A stretch of 64,000 nt of DNA. Source: Antedon mediterranea (lineage: Eukaryota > Animalia > Echinodermata). The translations under genes were made by a program, and so were the position numbers. Where the stretch lies: assembly GCF_964355755.1 (NCBI RefSeq), contig NC_092672.1:14384001-14448000 (forward strand), in the 5' to 3' direction. Positions within the stretch are counted from its first letter, which is position 1; each line of letters opens with the position of its first letter. Under the pieces are notes generated by a model. That model did not search any database, was not told the origin of the DNA, and worked only from the letters and a program-made list of their open reading frames with translations. Positions 1 through 13,471 of this stretch are shown in pieces.

Positions 1-188
1 TCAGAAATCTTTATCTTATGATAAATGATAAAAGCATGTGTGCTATATATACTAATATTGCTAATAATGGGCACAGAACCTAAAAAAGAAACGATATAAA
101 AATGTTAATGCGTTATTTAAACTTTTTAAAACATTTGAATGGTGAAACTGATGTTCCATGGCAGAAATGATGTATTGTACAAACCTAC

Positions 189-3100
189 CGATTTCAAAAT
201 GTTTGGTTTATACATGATAGAGGCAAGTGCTTTAGTTGAGACAAGGTCATCATAACTTAAACAAAAGCCATTGATATTATTGAGGTTGTCAGCATTGATC
301 TCGTCCATGCTATATTGACAATCTACATGATTTGTTTGTAGTGGCTCAATAACAATATCCAGCGAACATCTTACACCTTCGATACGTTTTGTTTTTGTTG
401 ATGGGTAGAAATGGTCTAAATTTGGATATTCATCACCCAAACCCCATCGAAGATGACCCCATTCGTGGACGAGAACACGACCTGAAAGAAGGCAAAGAAT
501 GATTATTAGTGTACAAGATGAGTGTAAAAACAGAATTTGACCAAGACTATCAATAACAATTATCCATACTCTCATATTACGATAATATTATTCTGTACAA
601 AGATGATAGTTAATTATTTATATTTATGCCTTACGGTCAATGTGAAAAGTAGTCTGAAATCAAAAAATATTTTTTAATTACCTACTTAAAGTCTGATTTT
701 ATTAATCTTCATTTTTCATGTTTTTGGGGGACAATACATCTTAAATTAAAGTTATTTCTTCAGAAATGATTTATAATCAATTATTTTTGTTTAACAATCA
801 GTAGTAAACATTTTGTTTAATGTAATATATAGTCTGGTCTACTCATGTACAGAACAAATATAATCACAAACTAAACTATAGTAGTGTACTGTGAGTAGAT
901 AGTACTTAGTAGTTCACTTAATCACACAAAAATAGAAAAAAGAATCCTACAAGAATGAAGTCATTATTTATTGAAAAAGATTTTATAGTATTAACATGTA
1001 CATGCATCTCAATAATACAGTATTATAATCAGCAAATGTTTTCCTAGACTCTTTTTTGTGCTTTGGGGTTTGTAATTTGAGCATGACCCGTCCATGTTTA
1101 CAAAATTCTAAAACTGTCAGCCTCTAGAACTATAGTTTCCGCTTGATATAGCTTCTGAATGAGTAGTCCTCTGGGAATACAGCTGGCTAAAGCTGCGACG
1201 CAAAAACAAAAAACAAACTAGAAAAGTGTTGAGATTTTGGTACACAACTATAATACAGACTTGAATAGTGAAGTAGCATAGTATTAAAAAAAAATCAGAA
1301 GCAGATTGTAAAGGCGGGCTCAAACTCAAAGCGTCTACTTCCGCAAGAGTGCTTAATGTCAACCTTTCGATTGGAACAGAAAGAAACTTAAGTTGACAGT
1401 TAATAGTTGTGGTTACCATACCACGTGCTGACAATGTTCTATTTAGTTAGTTTTGTATTTAACTTAGTCTTTTAATGTTAATCTTACTAAGTTAACGTTA
1501 AAGAAATATATATTTAATTGTCAGACAATGGTTTTTGGTTAAAAGTAACCTTTTCGTTTGTCTTTTTATAAGTGAAATAATTTTTTGTTTGTTTTTGTTT
1601 TGTTTATCATATAAGACATTACTGTACAAAGGAAAACAATAAAATTAAAATTCAAAAGCAAACAAAAAGAACCTAGATATCCATCTCCTTATAAATTAAA
1701 TAAATAAAGGTTCATAAAAATTATTCTAATCTCTAACAATTTCATATTTGATTTATAAATGTTTCTAATTTTATCCATTTTGTAGTAAAAATACTGTCCT
1801 TAAAATTCTGATAAATAAATTTTTCCACTTCATAAAACCCTTTTAACTCATTCATAACCATTTTGACAGTTGGCTTACATTTAACTAGTTTTACATTTGT
1901 AAATACATGACTTTACTATTAGAATAATTGCATTAATAGATTTTAAATTAAAATACTGATGCAAAAATTATTCTCTCTTTACCAAAAATATATAGCACTT
2001 CAGTTTTTTCCAAATGTAACCCTGCCATGGTTTACCATGTTTTTCTTGTTATATTTTTGCTATAGTGTGGTAGAATAATCTTTTAATCCTTCCTTTGCTG
2101 TTTATGTCATTATGTCATAAACTATGTGGTAATGCATGGGAGCTTTCTGTTTTTTCTATAGACACTGACCAATAAGGGCCAGTTTACCCTTTGCTTTTTT
2201 CCCCAGCAACATGATTGACCAATGGGATTAGCCTTGGTCAGGTGACTGGGCCAATATTAGGGTATGTTCCCATGTTTCATTCTCTTTTCCTGATTATGCC
2301 ATCTGAAGTGCTGGTCATTTCCAAGTGTTACAAATTAAAATATACGACTTTATTTAAAGCTAGCTCTATTTTTTTTTTGTGTACTACAGTATAATTACAT
2401 TACCGAACTAAGTTTTAAAGTTCGCGTTGATTGGAAGGTTCTGCAAGTTTGGCATATTGCACTAAAAAAACTATATTTGATCGATGTACTGTACATATTG
2501 GAGACTGTTCGTTTTATTTTGAATATTGGCTCTTTGTATAGGTGAGCGTTTGAACACCAATTTACTTTGCTCTATATTTAAAGTTAATTATTGTATAGGT
2601 ACATTACTGTTGTTATTGTTAACAGTTAATGCTGTTTTATGTCTACTATATACTGTAATGACTTCCATTAAAATGGAAGTCATTACAGTATAGTAGACAT
2701 TGTTATTAATTATGTTTAAACCTATTTTTATAAATGGAATGCTTCCATGATTGGTCTGTTAGGGCAGGGTTAGGGTAAGCAGGCTCAAGATAGACCTATT
2801 ATATCATATAGGCATTGTATAGATCAGCAAATTGTTATTTTCCTCTTTTACTTATTTATTGTTCTTTAAGACAATGTTTTCATTTTCCTTTTTCATTATG
2901 TTATTTTTGAGACAACAATTGCCATTATGAAGTCGTTTTATGACTATTGCCATGTAAGGCTGATAATGTACTTATTCAATGTTAAACTATTTTAGACAGT
3001 ATACTGTATTATTATACTGTATTTTGGCTCTTTGTATAGGCTACCGAAGAACCACTGGTTCTCGGACACCGAAATTATCTGTATAGACTTTTATATAAAT

Positions 3101-6100
3101 CAACTGTATTCATCTACCGTAAGGCGAAAAAACGCAAGACGGAGGTCAAGGTCGCCGTTGGAAGCGGTAGCTACCTTATCTTTAATAACCTTATCGGCGC
3201 CTTAGATAAGTCATACTTTCCGTTCTCTTTTGTTTTATTTTTATTTTATTCTAGTTTGGTCGAATAAACCGTGTTTTGTTCCATTAAAATTTATGTTCTG
3301 ATGTTTTTGTATTTGAGTTATGTTTGTGCTATATTTATTCGTTAAGATTAATTATAAAGTTGAGGAAACAAACCTGGCTGGGTTACACTGAATTATATTC
3401 CTGGAGGAGGTTCCATATCCTTTTTACTACTGGACAATTACATAACAAATGCTGAATGGTTTTGATTTGATCATCTCCAAATGAGCACATTGGTAGTTCT
3501 TTTATATTCATTTTAAATAATTGTTCATTTGTTGCAATTATTCTATTTAAAATTTTATATTGAAAATATATTAAAACAATATTCATGTACACGTATGTGG
3601 AGCTAGGTACAGTAGATTGTTGATTTATCTTAAATTCACTTTCTTGTTTACTTGCGGTAAACATTTTTTATAGACCTCAATGTTGTCAGTATTAAAAATG
3701 TTTTTACATTAATGTTAAAAATAGAATACAAACCTGTTCCTAGATTTCCATACTGTGAATTAATTGTACTATTCTGTATGTACTCTGGTGTCAGATGCAT
3801 ATACAAGCCTGATGATCCACATTGTCCAGTCATTAGCACGTACGGGTTATGAGGTAGCCAATCATTTGGTTTATCAATTCTAATGTTGGCTCGTACAAAT
3901 GATTCATGAGTTGCAGTAAAGTATTGTCGCCTACTCTTCCAAGTCCTTGGAATTAAAATAGTAATTTCTTTCCAGTAAACTCTATTAGATGTTGCTTCAA
4001 ATAGGTATTGTGATCCATTTGTAAAATCTCTCTAAAATAAAAAGTACAATATACAAACTTGAACACTATTTAGAATTTGTTATACATTTTGTTTGCAATT
4101 TAATTCTATTGTTACTTCACTTATTAAATTTAAAATCATCAAATGTACTGTTTAGTTGAATAAAGAAATCTTGTTTCACATCAACAATCATAACTCAAAT
4201 TGTAACTTTTCTAAAGTGACTGATTGATGTGCAAAAATAGTGCTCATTACAAATGTATGTGTATGTTCTGTGTAATTGCTCATAGTTTTACAGGCTTGAG
4301 TAGGAAATTAAACTATTTTTACCCTATACTTTAGCAATCAACGCATTAAAATATTTTTCTACATGTATTCAGCTTAGGAAAACATTAAATCTGACAGTGT
4401 AGAATTATTATATTATTATCCAATTATTAAATGAACATGGCATTTTTTTTACTTGCCTTGATTTTGCATATAACCTTGATTCTGTCACAATTTTTATTTA
4501 TTTATTTATTCTATTGGCTCGGGCTCAGTATATTAGCAACATTAGGAAATGAAAATTCTCAAAAACAAATGTTGACGAAACATTTTATAATTGTTACTAA
4601 ACTAAAGTGCAACATCTATATTTACTTCTCTGTTATTTTCCTCACATAATATTTATCAATGTAAAATTGTCAACAAAATGAATGATCGCAACTGGAATCG
4701 TGGTTGTAACCTACGTTACATGTTTTATTTTCGACTTTCAATGTAAACGATTATAAAGGCAACAACATTATATTTCTATGAATATGAAACTATAAAATAG
4801 TGTATGTAATCAAACAAAAACATGTATAATAACTTACATATTGTTACATTCACTAGTACATATTGTATTTTATAGTTTATACTTTATTAACATCCATAAT
4901 AAAATGAGTCGTCAATCAAAGGTTGTTGTTGATTTCTTGTATGTCCGCATACATTCCTGTCTTAAATTCACATAAAATAACACTCATTATTGTACTCTAT
5001 TAAATAGTCATATGACAAAACTGGTGTTATCTTTCTTAGAAAATGTATACTGTGTTACAATTGAGTAACGTAAATTACGTATTCAGTAACGTAAATTACT
5101 GAATTGAAAGATGAATTCGTCATCAAAATAGTTAAATAAAAACAACATTTGTAACTTTTAACAATAAACCTCATTGGTATTTTAGATCATTGCCATCACT
5201 TTAGTAGGCAAACAAATTATGTGTTTCATTAAATCATCCTTTTTTTTTATTTTCTATTAATTCAATGCATATTTTATTAATTATAATTATAAAAACTCCC
5301 ATATGAAAATGTAAATTAGTGAGTTTTATAATGCTAGTGTACATACTATTGTTTTGGTTAATATGATTATTATTATTTATTATAATTCTGTGAACTTTAC
5401 AGTTGCTTGGCCTAATGCTTATATCAGTCTCAACTTTCTTAGTAACGTAAGTTACATTTCCTTTAATGTTTCAACATTTTGATTTATCCGTTCCCTCTCC
5501 TGGTCTGAAATGTAGAACAATCTACCCGTACAACCCTTTGTTTCAATTTCAACACGGCAGATAACTTTATCAATAGGAATCCATATTTCATCCTTACTAT
5601 TTGGCCACTGAAATATGTTCTTGTTAATTCTGCTGCCAGATTTAAAAAAAGACACCAACGCATCTTCATCATCTATATCAACAACTTTGCCGATGTACCA
5701 TTCTTCATCATATAATGCCGATACCCAATCATCAACATGGAATTGAATTTTGCTGCTTTGCTTGGTATTTTGCTTTTGACGTTTCGTTAAGCTATGGACT
5801 ATCCATCCGGGGCACATGTTATCAGCAGAAGAGGTTTCTTGACACGCTCTACAGTAGCAAGATACATCGCGTACCATCACTTCTCCACTGATGCCTCTCA
5901 CTGCATGGAGATTTGTAGTCCCGGAAACAGGTCTTATGTTTGGCCATTTCATTTGTATTTCCGATTCTGCAGCCACACATTCCTCATTAGTAACAAAAAA
6001 GTACTCTATGCGTGAGTTTTCTCTTTCTTGACAAGCCCAAGCAAAGAAGTCGTGGGCATCTTGGATCACTGCCGCACCACGTTTTACGGCTTCGTCCGCC

Positions 6101-9100
6101 AAGCGTTTTACTGTTCCGCCAATGCCGTCGCATGGCCTTTTTCCATGCCCAGCTTCGAAGTAGTCCCAGCTGGCATTAATATTATGGAAAAGTATGTTGT
6201 GATTAGATATGATGGAGAATATTGTTTTATTCCGGTATTGTGATGTTGGACTATCGGTCCAATAATGGATAGTCTTTAATTCTGGCAAGATCCCTCTCAA
6301 TTTTGGCACCAGCTTCTTTAAAATTGCAAACACAGTAGAAGCGTTGTGTGCGCGGGTGTCTGAAACCGCTACCATGCTATGATGCTTAATTTCGCCATCA
6401 TGAAAGTAAGCAACTATAGGGTGTAAAGTAACACCGGTCTGATTCCAGTAGGCGCTTTGCACTTCTTCCATCGGCACACATGTGTAATTCTGAGCGAAAT
6501 CCATATGTATGACGCATTCTCCTTCTTGCAGGTTTTCTTTACACTCTCTTATAGCAGTGTATTGTGCTGTAACCCGTTGTGCATGTTTTCGGAAATCAAT
6601 AGTTGTAGTTGCAAATGTGCTTTTGTCGACTCTTTGTTGAACAAGTTTAGTTTTCTTCTTACCGAAATTGTCCGGGACACGTTTCCATTCTTCATACTGG
6701 ATCTCTTGGTCTGGTATACGTTTGGCAAGATCAGATATCTGTGTGTCGGTGATTGATTTGATTGCTTCATCGGGGCTTGTGATTGTGATCACACCTAGAG
6801 ATTGTAATACCTTTAACTGAAGGGCAAAGTTCTGATGTTTTTGGCCAAGACTTGTGTTTCTTGCTGTGAATTTGACAAGTTTAATATTAGCATTTCTTTG
6901 TCGGATTTTCTTAAACGAGGAAAAAGAAACCTTCCGTTGCTCGGGATTTTCACTTTTGTACTTGGCAAACAAGTTCATCATGTAATCATTGAGGTATCTT
7001 ATCTGGCGTTTTTCTTTGGTAGAAGATGTTTTGCAGGCATCTCGTTTTCCTGGCATCATCCTGGAGTTGTCATCTCTTTCCATGAAGCCTAATACTTCAT
7101 TATGAAGAACTCCCCACGCCTTTTTTACATACTTCGCAGCTGTGATTCCTTGCTTTTTCGTCTTGGATAGGTTACGTTGACCAAGGCCCGACTCCCTTGA
7201 AACACGCGCGATTAACCTGTATTTCTTGATTATCTTTCCAGATAGAACATTGCTAATCATTCTTCTGGCCTTCTGCCCTTGATTTATCTCTGTGCTCTCT
7301 CTTATTTCATCAAGCAGTGCATGTGAAAGCAGGAGTTGTTTTTTCAACCCTTTGGGTACTGATCTTGGTGACATACCTAGAAAATTGGAAATTACATCAA
7401 TACTAAATTAAGTACGGTTTAGAATATTTAAATATTATCTCAATTGATATGTTCAGGAAGATAATGGGTTAAGCGGCATGTAATGGGCAGAAAAAGAAAA
7501 TACGTATATTCACATCACCATACACGACATGGAACAAGTTATCATTTATAAGGCCTTGAGTACATTTTGTGGATATTTGCTCTATATTATAAATAGCCAA
7601 TATTATCATTATTAATAATAATTATGCGTGAATAAAACAGTACATTCATTCGTGACGTACCTGCATTTCGTAAATCCTGATTTGCTTTCGATCTTGGAGA
7701 GTCAGTACTACTCATGGACGAGTCATGACTGGTAGATGGGATGCAATTCTTATTTACTTTCTTCAGAGCTCTTTCATAGCGCTTGTTTATGGTTTTTTTT
7801 TGTCTGGTCATTTTCTGTAACTCCAGATTTAATTTTTCGATGCGACGATGGGCTCGACTTAGTGCTCTGCCAACACGTTTTCGAGTAGAAATACGTCTCT
7901 TAAACGACATCTTGATGCGTAGAGGAGAAGTTGGTGAAACCACATCGGAAGATATGGCTGAATCATCATTACTACTACTAGGTTCGTCAGCTTCTTCTGG
8001 GTGTTGTACTTGTAGTTGGGCTTGAACTTGCTTCACGTACCTTCGATGTTTCTGTACTCTTCTTTTCACCGTCGCTCTCCGTGCATTTCTATCTTTTGTT
8101 GTAAGTTCTGCTGACGGAACATAGTATTTCATTACACGTCTTGCTTCTGCTTGCAAGTACTCTGCTCCTCGCTTCTCTTTTTGTCGTTCCCGATACGCTG
8201 CCTGAATCTCGGCTCGTGACTTTACCATTATCACCAGTGTCACCTAGTGTTTAACAAAATGTATTAGTATTAAATCGAAATAAACAAATATTAAATTATA
8301 TTTTTACATTTTAAATAACCATAATGTAAAAAAATACATTGACTTTGTATGTAGTAAATTATGTAACTTACGTTACCATGAACTTACTATTAATACTTGT
8401 GAGTATCGATATTACAAAGACACAAGATGTATCCAGGTACATGACATACGTTTGACAATGAATATTCATAAACATATATACACAGATATTATCTTAATAT
8501 CATTGCTATGTTCGGTAATGTTACAACAACATAGACATACAACATCAATGTGAAACTTACGTTACCATAGTATCAAGGGCAAAGAAACTTCCCATAAAAT
8601 AACCCTAAATAAAATCAACTCCGGTTGGAGGTAATGTTCATTATTGCCTGTATAATATAACTTAAATTATTTGAATATACTGAGTAGAAAAAAAACAAGA
8701 CGTCTTAGAAATGAGGTATATAAAATGGTAACCTACGTTACATGTAGTGTAATTTACGTTACGTTGTTGCCTATGCTAGCTTACTAGTATAAATTGTACA
8801 ATGTAATAACATACTTGCATATCTGTCTAATTTCCTAAATTATGAACATTAGGAAAGTTGTTCTAAATGATCTTTAGTGAATTAAGCATTTGAATACTTA
8901 CTAAAATATACTCGAAAATCTGATATGAAGAATAAACTATGAAATTGTGAAGACGTATTTATAAAAACGTGGTCAAAATTGCCGCTGTCTGCCGAATCAC
9001 GTGGTTAAAACTTTTTATTGTGTCAGAGGGCGTTTTCTTGATCATAAGAATATCTGTATTCCTTAGAAATGTCCATAATATTAAAACTCATCAGTAACAA

Positions 9101-10996
9101 TATATATGGTAACGTAAGTTACCATAACGTAAATTTCAAATGAACTTCAAAGGCTCAAATAATTAAATCTTAAAACAACAACAAAATAATCAGTTTAAAA
9201 TTAAACTTGACGTAACTAATCTTATAAATTATTATAACATGTGTGTACACAAACCGGATCCTAAGAAGAAATGGGGTAACGTAGGTTACGTCGCTTAACC
9301 AATCGTTTTTCATTAACACTTTCCAGGCAATTTTATAACGTATTTACATTATATTTCATCCGCGCAAGCAATATAATCGTTATCAAGAGTACAAATCACA
9401 TATAATACGAAGAAAAACACTTTTATAGGTAATTATTAATTGATATTTAATGCATTTTTTAAAGTCTGTAACGTAAGTTACGTCATTTGTGCGACATATT
9501 TAATTGAAGAATTTTTTAAAATAAAACTCATTTTTTGTCAAAATTTCACTTACATGCGTTAAACGTATAGGTAAGGCTCCAAAATATACAGTATTTACAA
9601 TGATAAATGGGATTATATTTAATTTTTACACTAGTGAATATTATGAAATTGGCCGGCGACAGGCAGTTTTGTGTCATATCATGAAGTTTAAAGTGACATT
9701 ATTTTTTAAGGGCAAGGATTTTCAAAATAAAAGTTGGCCAATACAAAGAATAACGTTTCCTGTACCGTCATAACGCTTTAAAACACACTTTTAGTGCATA
9801 GTTTTATATATATAACACAGTAATTATAGGCGACATTGGTTTTTCATATTCGTGTTGGTATAGTGAGCCTGAGCCTATTTGCACTATTTTATCTTGAGAT
9901 CAATTTCTTCTAGCTATGTAAATTTTTCAGAGTATATTCCTTATGGCCAGGAATTGATGTGGTATGTTTTCTTGGAGAGCAATAAAAAATTATGCGGTCT
10001 ACATTGTAATCATATCTAAGTCACAAGCATGTATTATAACTAAACTAAATTTGGTACTCATAAATTTCAGGTCATATTTCATCATATGACAATAAAAATA
10101 CCGGTACATGCGTAGTGCATATTACGCATGCGTACGTGCGCTTACATTTGTCAAAATTTTCAACATTTATTTTCAATAAAATTGTAGGACGTTTTAGGCA
10201 ATTTTAAGCATTTAAACTTACTTGGTATTTGAGACAAACAATGGACAATCACAAGGGTTACTCGCAACATTAAGTGCGGAAACAATTAATTTGGAGGGTA
10301 TTTTTTCATTGCCATTCTGAGAAATGTTTTTTTGTTTAACTTGTGAGAATAGTAAAATGCTGTGTTCACATTTTTACATAATGTATATTCCATGAAAAAC
10401 GTCTTAAAGGCAGGATATTCAGCCAATATAGTACAGTAGTGTACCAGTATTGTTTTGATCTTTAGGTCAATGCTTGTCATTATTACTTTCAGGTAAGATA
10501 ACTGGGGACCTTGATTATAGTATAAAAAACTCTTTAATCTTGTATGAACTGCAGACTGTTAGACTCCCGACTCCCATCATACAATGAGATCTTTATAAAC
10601 CCAGGTTAAAACTAGAGCTGTCAACTGTGACCAAAGCTCAAAAAGATTTAAAGTATAATCTATTTTGGAACTCAAAATACTTTCCACAAATAAATTGGTT
10701 ATTAAAAGAAAACAGGAAAACCAAGAAACATTCATCGGTTCCACTTGAACGCTGTGTGACATTCCATTTACTTACTAATGGAATCCAAGCTTTAGGGTAT
10801 TTCAACATGTTTTGCCATTTTTACTTACTTGTATTTTTTCCAGCAATAAGAGATCTTCTGGAACATCCTCATGTATTGCAACTAATAAGCTTGTGTAGCC
10901 ACCGTCTATAATAGTTATTTCATTTGGAAAGGATGAGCAGATGGTAATAAAAACAGAAGAGAAAATATAAAACTGACCAATTCCAAATCCAAACAT
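189..10996 (-). CDS. CLCA: Calcium-activated chloride channel regulator (CLCA)-like protein, first three coding exons; gene continues beyond the left edge
   Basis: Exons 10829-10996 (signal peptide + [17 protein letters not shown]), 3734-4031 ([31 protein letters not shown]) and 189-481 ([19 protein letters not shown], HExxH zinc metalloprotease motif). All are GT-AG with compatible phases (0, 1). Putative 5'UTR acceptor at about 11021. Confidence 0.88.
1720..2020 (-). mobile_element. Decayed 3' fragment of a LINE (L1/Tx1-like)
   Basis: Minus-strand translation gives [15 protein letters not shown], resembling an L1/Tx1 ORF2 C-terminus; boundaries approximate. Confidence 0.35.
2639..2700. repeat. 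Near-perfect ~29-bp inverted repeat (hairpin)
   Basis: ATGTCTACTA(TA)TACTGTAATGACTTCCATT-AA-AATGGAAGTCATTACAGTATAGTAGACAT. Confidence 0.85.
3383..3575 (-). mobile_element. LINE ORF2 fragment, zf-RVT-like region (L1/Tx1-like)
   Basis: [46 protein letters not shown] matches the CCHC-type zinc knuckle downstream of RT. Confidence 0.7.
4516..9875 (-). mobile_element. Autonomous-looking Sola2-like DNA transposon inside a CLCA intron
   Basis: Imperfect 17-bp TIRs (GGCTCGGGCTCAGTATA vs reverse complement of right end GGCTCAGGCTCACTATA), 4-bp TSD TATT at 4512-4515 and 9876-9879, internal transposase and repeated 14-bp subterminal motifs. Confidence 0.85.
5452..8228 (-). CDS. DDD transposase (Sola2-like), two exons, ~830 aa, with C-terminal Tudor-like domain
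   Basis: Exon 7661-8228 (ATG at 8228, donor CAG|GTACGT) joins exon 5452-7376 (acceptor TTTCTAG) in frame, 2493 nt in total. Motifs [27 protein letters not shown] and [19 protein letters not shown] carry the three catalytic Asp residues. Confidence 0.88.
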
Positions 10997-12651
10997 CACT
11001 TCAGTATTGTGCCAAAACTTCTACAAAACAAATTAGAATGATTTACAGTACTAGTATTTTACAATGGTGGCCATATATGGCCCGAATTTCTTGTAATATT
11101 GAAATTAAAATTCACTATTAATTTATATACAGTAATACCAGATTTCTCAAGTACTATGTAAATTCTGTCCAAATATGGATAAGAAATAAAGATAATAACT
11201 ATAGAAAAACGGTACAAGAACTAAACACAAAAACTTGAAAAAGAACATCATGCTAAGGAGTAATTGCCTGAGTCTAACGATGAGGACACTAATGTACTGG
11301 CGTTGGATATAATAACATCTCGTATCACTGACCAAGTAGAGTTACGCGACATATACCGATCTCATAGACTGGTGAAACTGCTTTACCAATCCAACAAAGC
11401 AACAAGCAAAACACCTTTAAATTATATATACTGTATAGTAGTGCTTTAATAATTATCATATCACTACAAATATTTTCAATTCTTTTCCATAAAGCATATC
11501 AAAAAGTGATTGCATAGCATAGATTGATCACATAAAATGCTTTTAAGATGCATGAAACTGAGAACTGATCTGATTGAAAATTCACATAAATGTACACTGT
11601 ATCATCACTGCTGTGAATTGAAGACATGACTACATGAATTTGTCTCTGATCATGTTTTCACACCCAGCTTTAGCCAGCTATATTCCCAGAGGACAAAAGC
11701 ATTCTGGAAACAGTTACCACATGCAATGCTTTTACTAACAGAAATGCTACAGCTGACAGAAATGAGAATTTGTAAACTTCACTAATTTATAGGTCCATGC
11801 TTAACAACCCAAAGAACGTCTATGAGATTTACGGCCGACAGAAGTGAGAATTTGTAAACTGGAGTAATTTATAGTTACTGTACATGCACGAAGATCCAAA
11901 GCACATCTGGGAAGAGTCTATGAGATTTATGCACCTGACAGATACTGTATGTATACAGTGGCGGACCTGGGGGAAAGGGGGGATGTAATATTTTTAATTC
12001 TAAAAAAAAAAAAAAATGATGCAACAAACCTGTGACCGCCGACATGGATTCGACGCACCTGACTATTTTAATTAAGAAGAGTAGGCCTAGAGCTACAGTA
12101 AGGTTAGCATTATAGTTGTGTAAATATTAGTTTAATTACTATTTATGAATTCAAGAGTTTAAAAAGAAAACGCGATTTAAAATCTTTCGAAAATACCCAC
12201 AACTGAGTTATTTTTAGTTGTCTAGCTCGCTCCCCATATGAATACCGCCTTGCTTACTGTGATATTGCTGCAATTTGATGTGAAAAGGGCTTCAGGTATA
12301 TAATATGTTGATTCCTGACCTATAACTACCATGCCAGTATAATACATTATCCTGATTGATTGGTATTTATACTAATGATGTCAACACTTGACATAAACAT
12401 ATTTATAGATTCTAAAATGCACATTTGATACAATGACTAGAATACATTTATAATCTAGGTTTATACAGGTACTACAAACAGTAATTCAATCTGGTGATTG
12501 AGGTAAAACATGATGTGCTAATCTATATCAAAAGTACATTCTAACTTCAAAACACTATAAAAGGAATGATGATTTAATGGTAATGTTTTCTGGATATAAA
12601 ATGAAACAGAGCATGACTGATCCTCCATTTATTATCCCACAATAGGTTTAA

Positions 12652-13277
12652 AGCCCCATTCCCTACGTTTTTTAGATCTAATTTAAGATCACAAACTATA
12701 TTTAATGTAAAAATAATACTATATGGTCCTATTGCAATAACTTTTTTCGTCTTTAAACGGTTAAAAATGTGAAAAATAAGTCGATTCTAATAATTATAGC
12801 GGCCCGCTATAAATCCCAAAATGCATTGCGCGCGGATTGATATTTTTGTTTTTCACCTGAAATTCGCCCACTTTTCGATCGATCGTGAGGCCAAAACAAA
12901 TGGAAGACTCCTAACTTTTCAGCGAAAATACCGGGTTTTCCCCAATTTGTATCAACGGAGTCTGGCAAAAATAGAAAGACAATTAATGCAGCAACTATAC
13001 AACGTCAGGCTAGGTATATAGCTCGCGTACGCTGTTCGTACGTTACCGATGTTTACCAGCTAGGCCTACAAAACTAAGCCTAGCTAGGCTAGGCCTAAGA
13101 CCGTCCACGAGCGGTCGATCGCCGCGAGCTACTTAGGTAGTGCATTGTTTCTCACTTTTTATCATAATTTACCATACAACGTACATTTAAGACAAGAAAT
13201 GACATGGTTTAATGTTTTTAAAGTGATATATATGTATAATTTTCCAAAAAACGTCCAAAATTGCAGGGAAGGGGTCT
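12652..13277. mobile_element. Non-autonomous Kolobok-like MITE
   Basis: TTAA on both sides, AG...CT termini, TIR AGCCCCATTCCCT vs AGACCCCTTCCCT. Confidence 0.7.
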
Positions 13278-13471
13278 TTAAGTTTCAAAAACACTCATTT
13301 TAATATCAAGCCTATGGTGATTTTAGAGTAGATACACATTCTTTTTATTTTAGTTTATAACAGAAGATTCAGGATATTTTTCCATTTTAAAGTATTTTTG
13401 ATAAATGCATATCGATGTTTTTACTTTTTAAGCTATAAATGCAAATGAAAAAAAAAAGGATATAATTATAT

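Noticed and set aside
1115-1433. Solo LTR (TGTCAGC...GCTGACA)
   Set aside because: Only a 7-bp inverted repeat, no TSD (AAAC vs ATGT), no second copy or PBS/PPT seen.
7587-8243. Independent 218-aa gene
   Set aside because: It splices in frame to the 640-aa ORF and is exon 1 of the transposase; its last ~25 codons are intronic.
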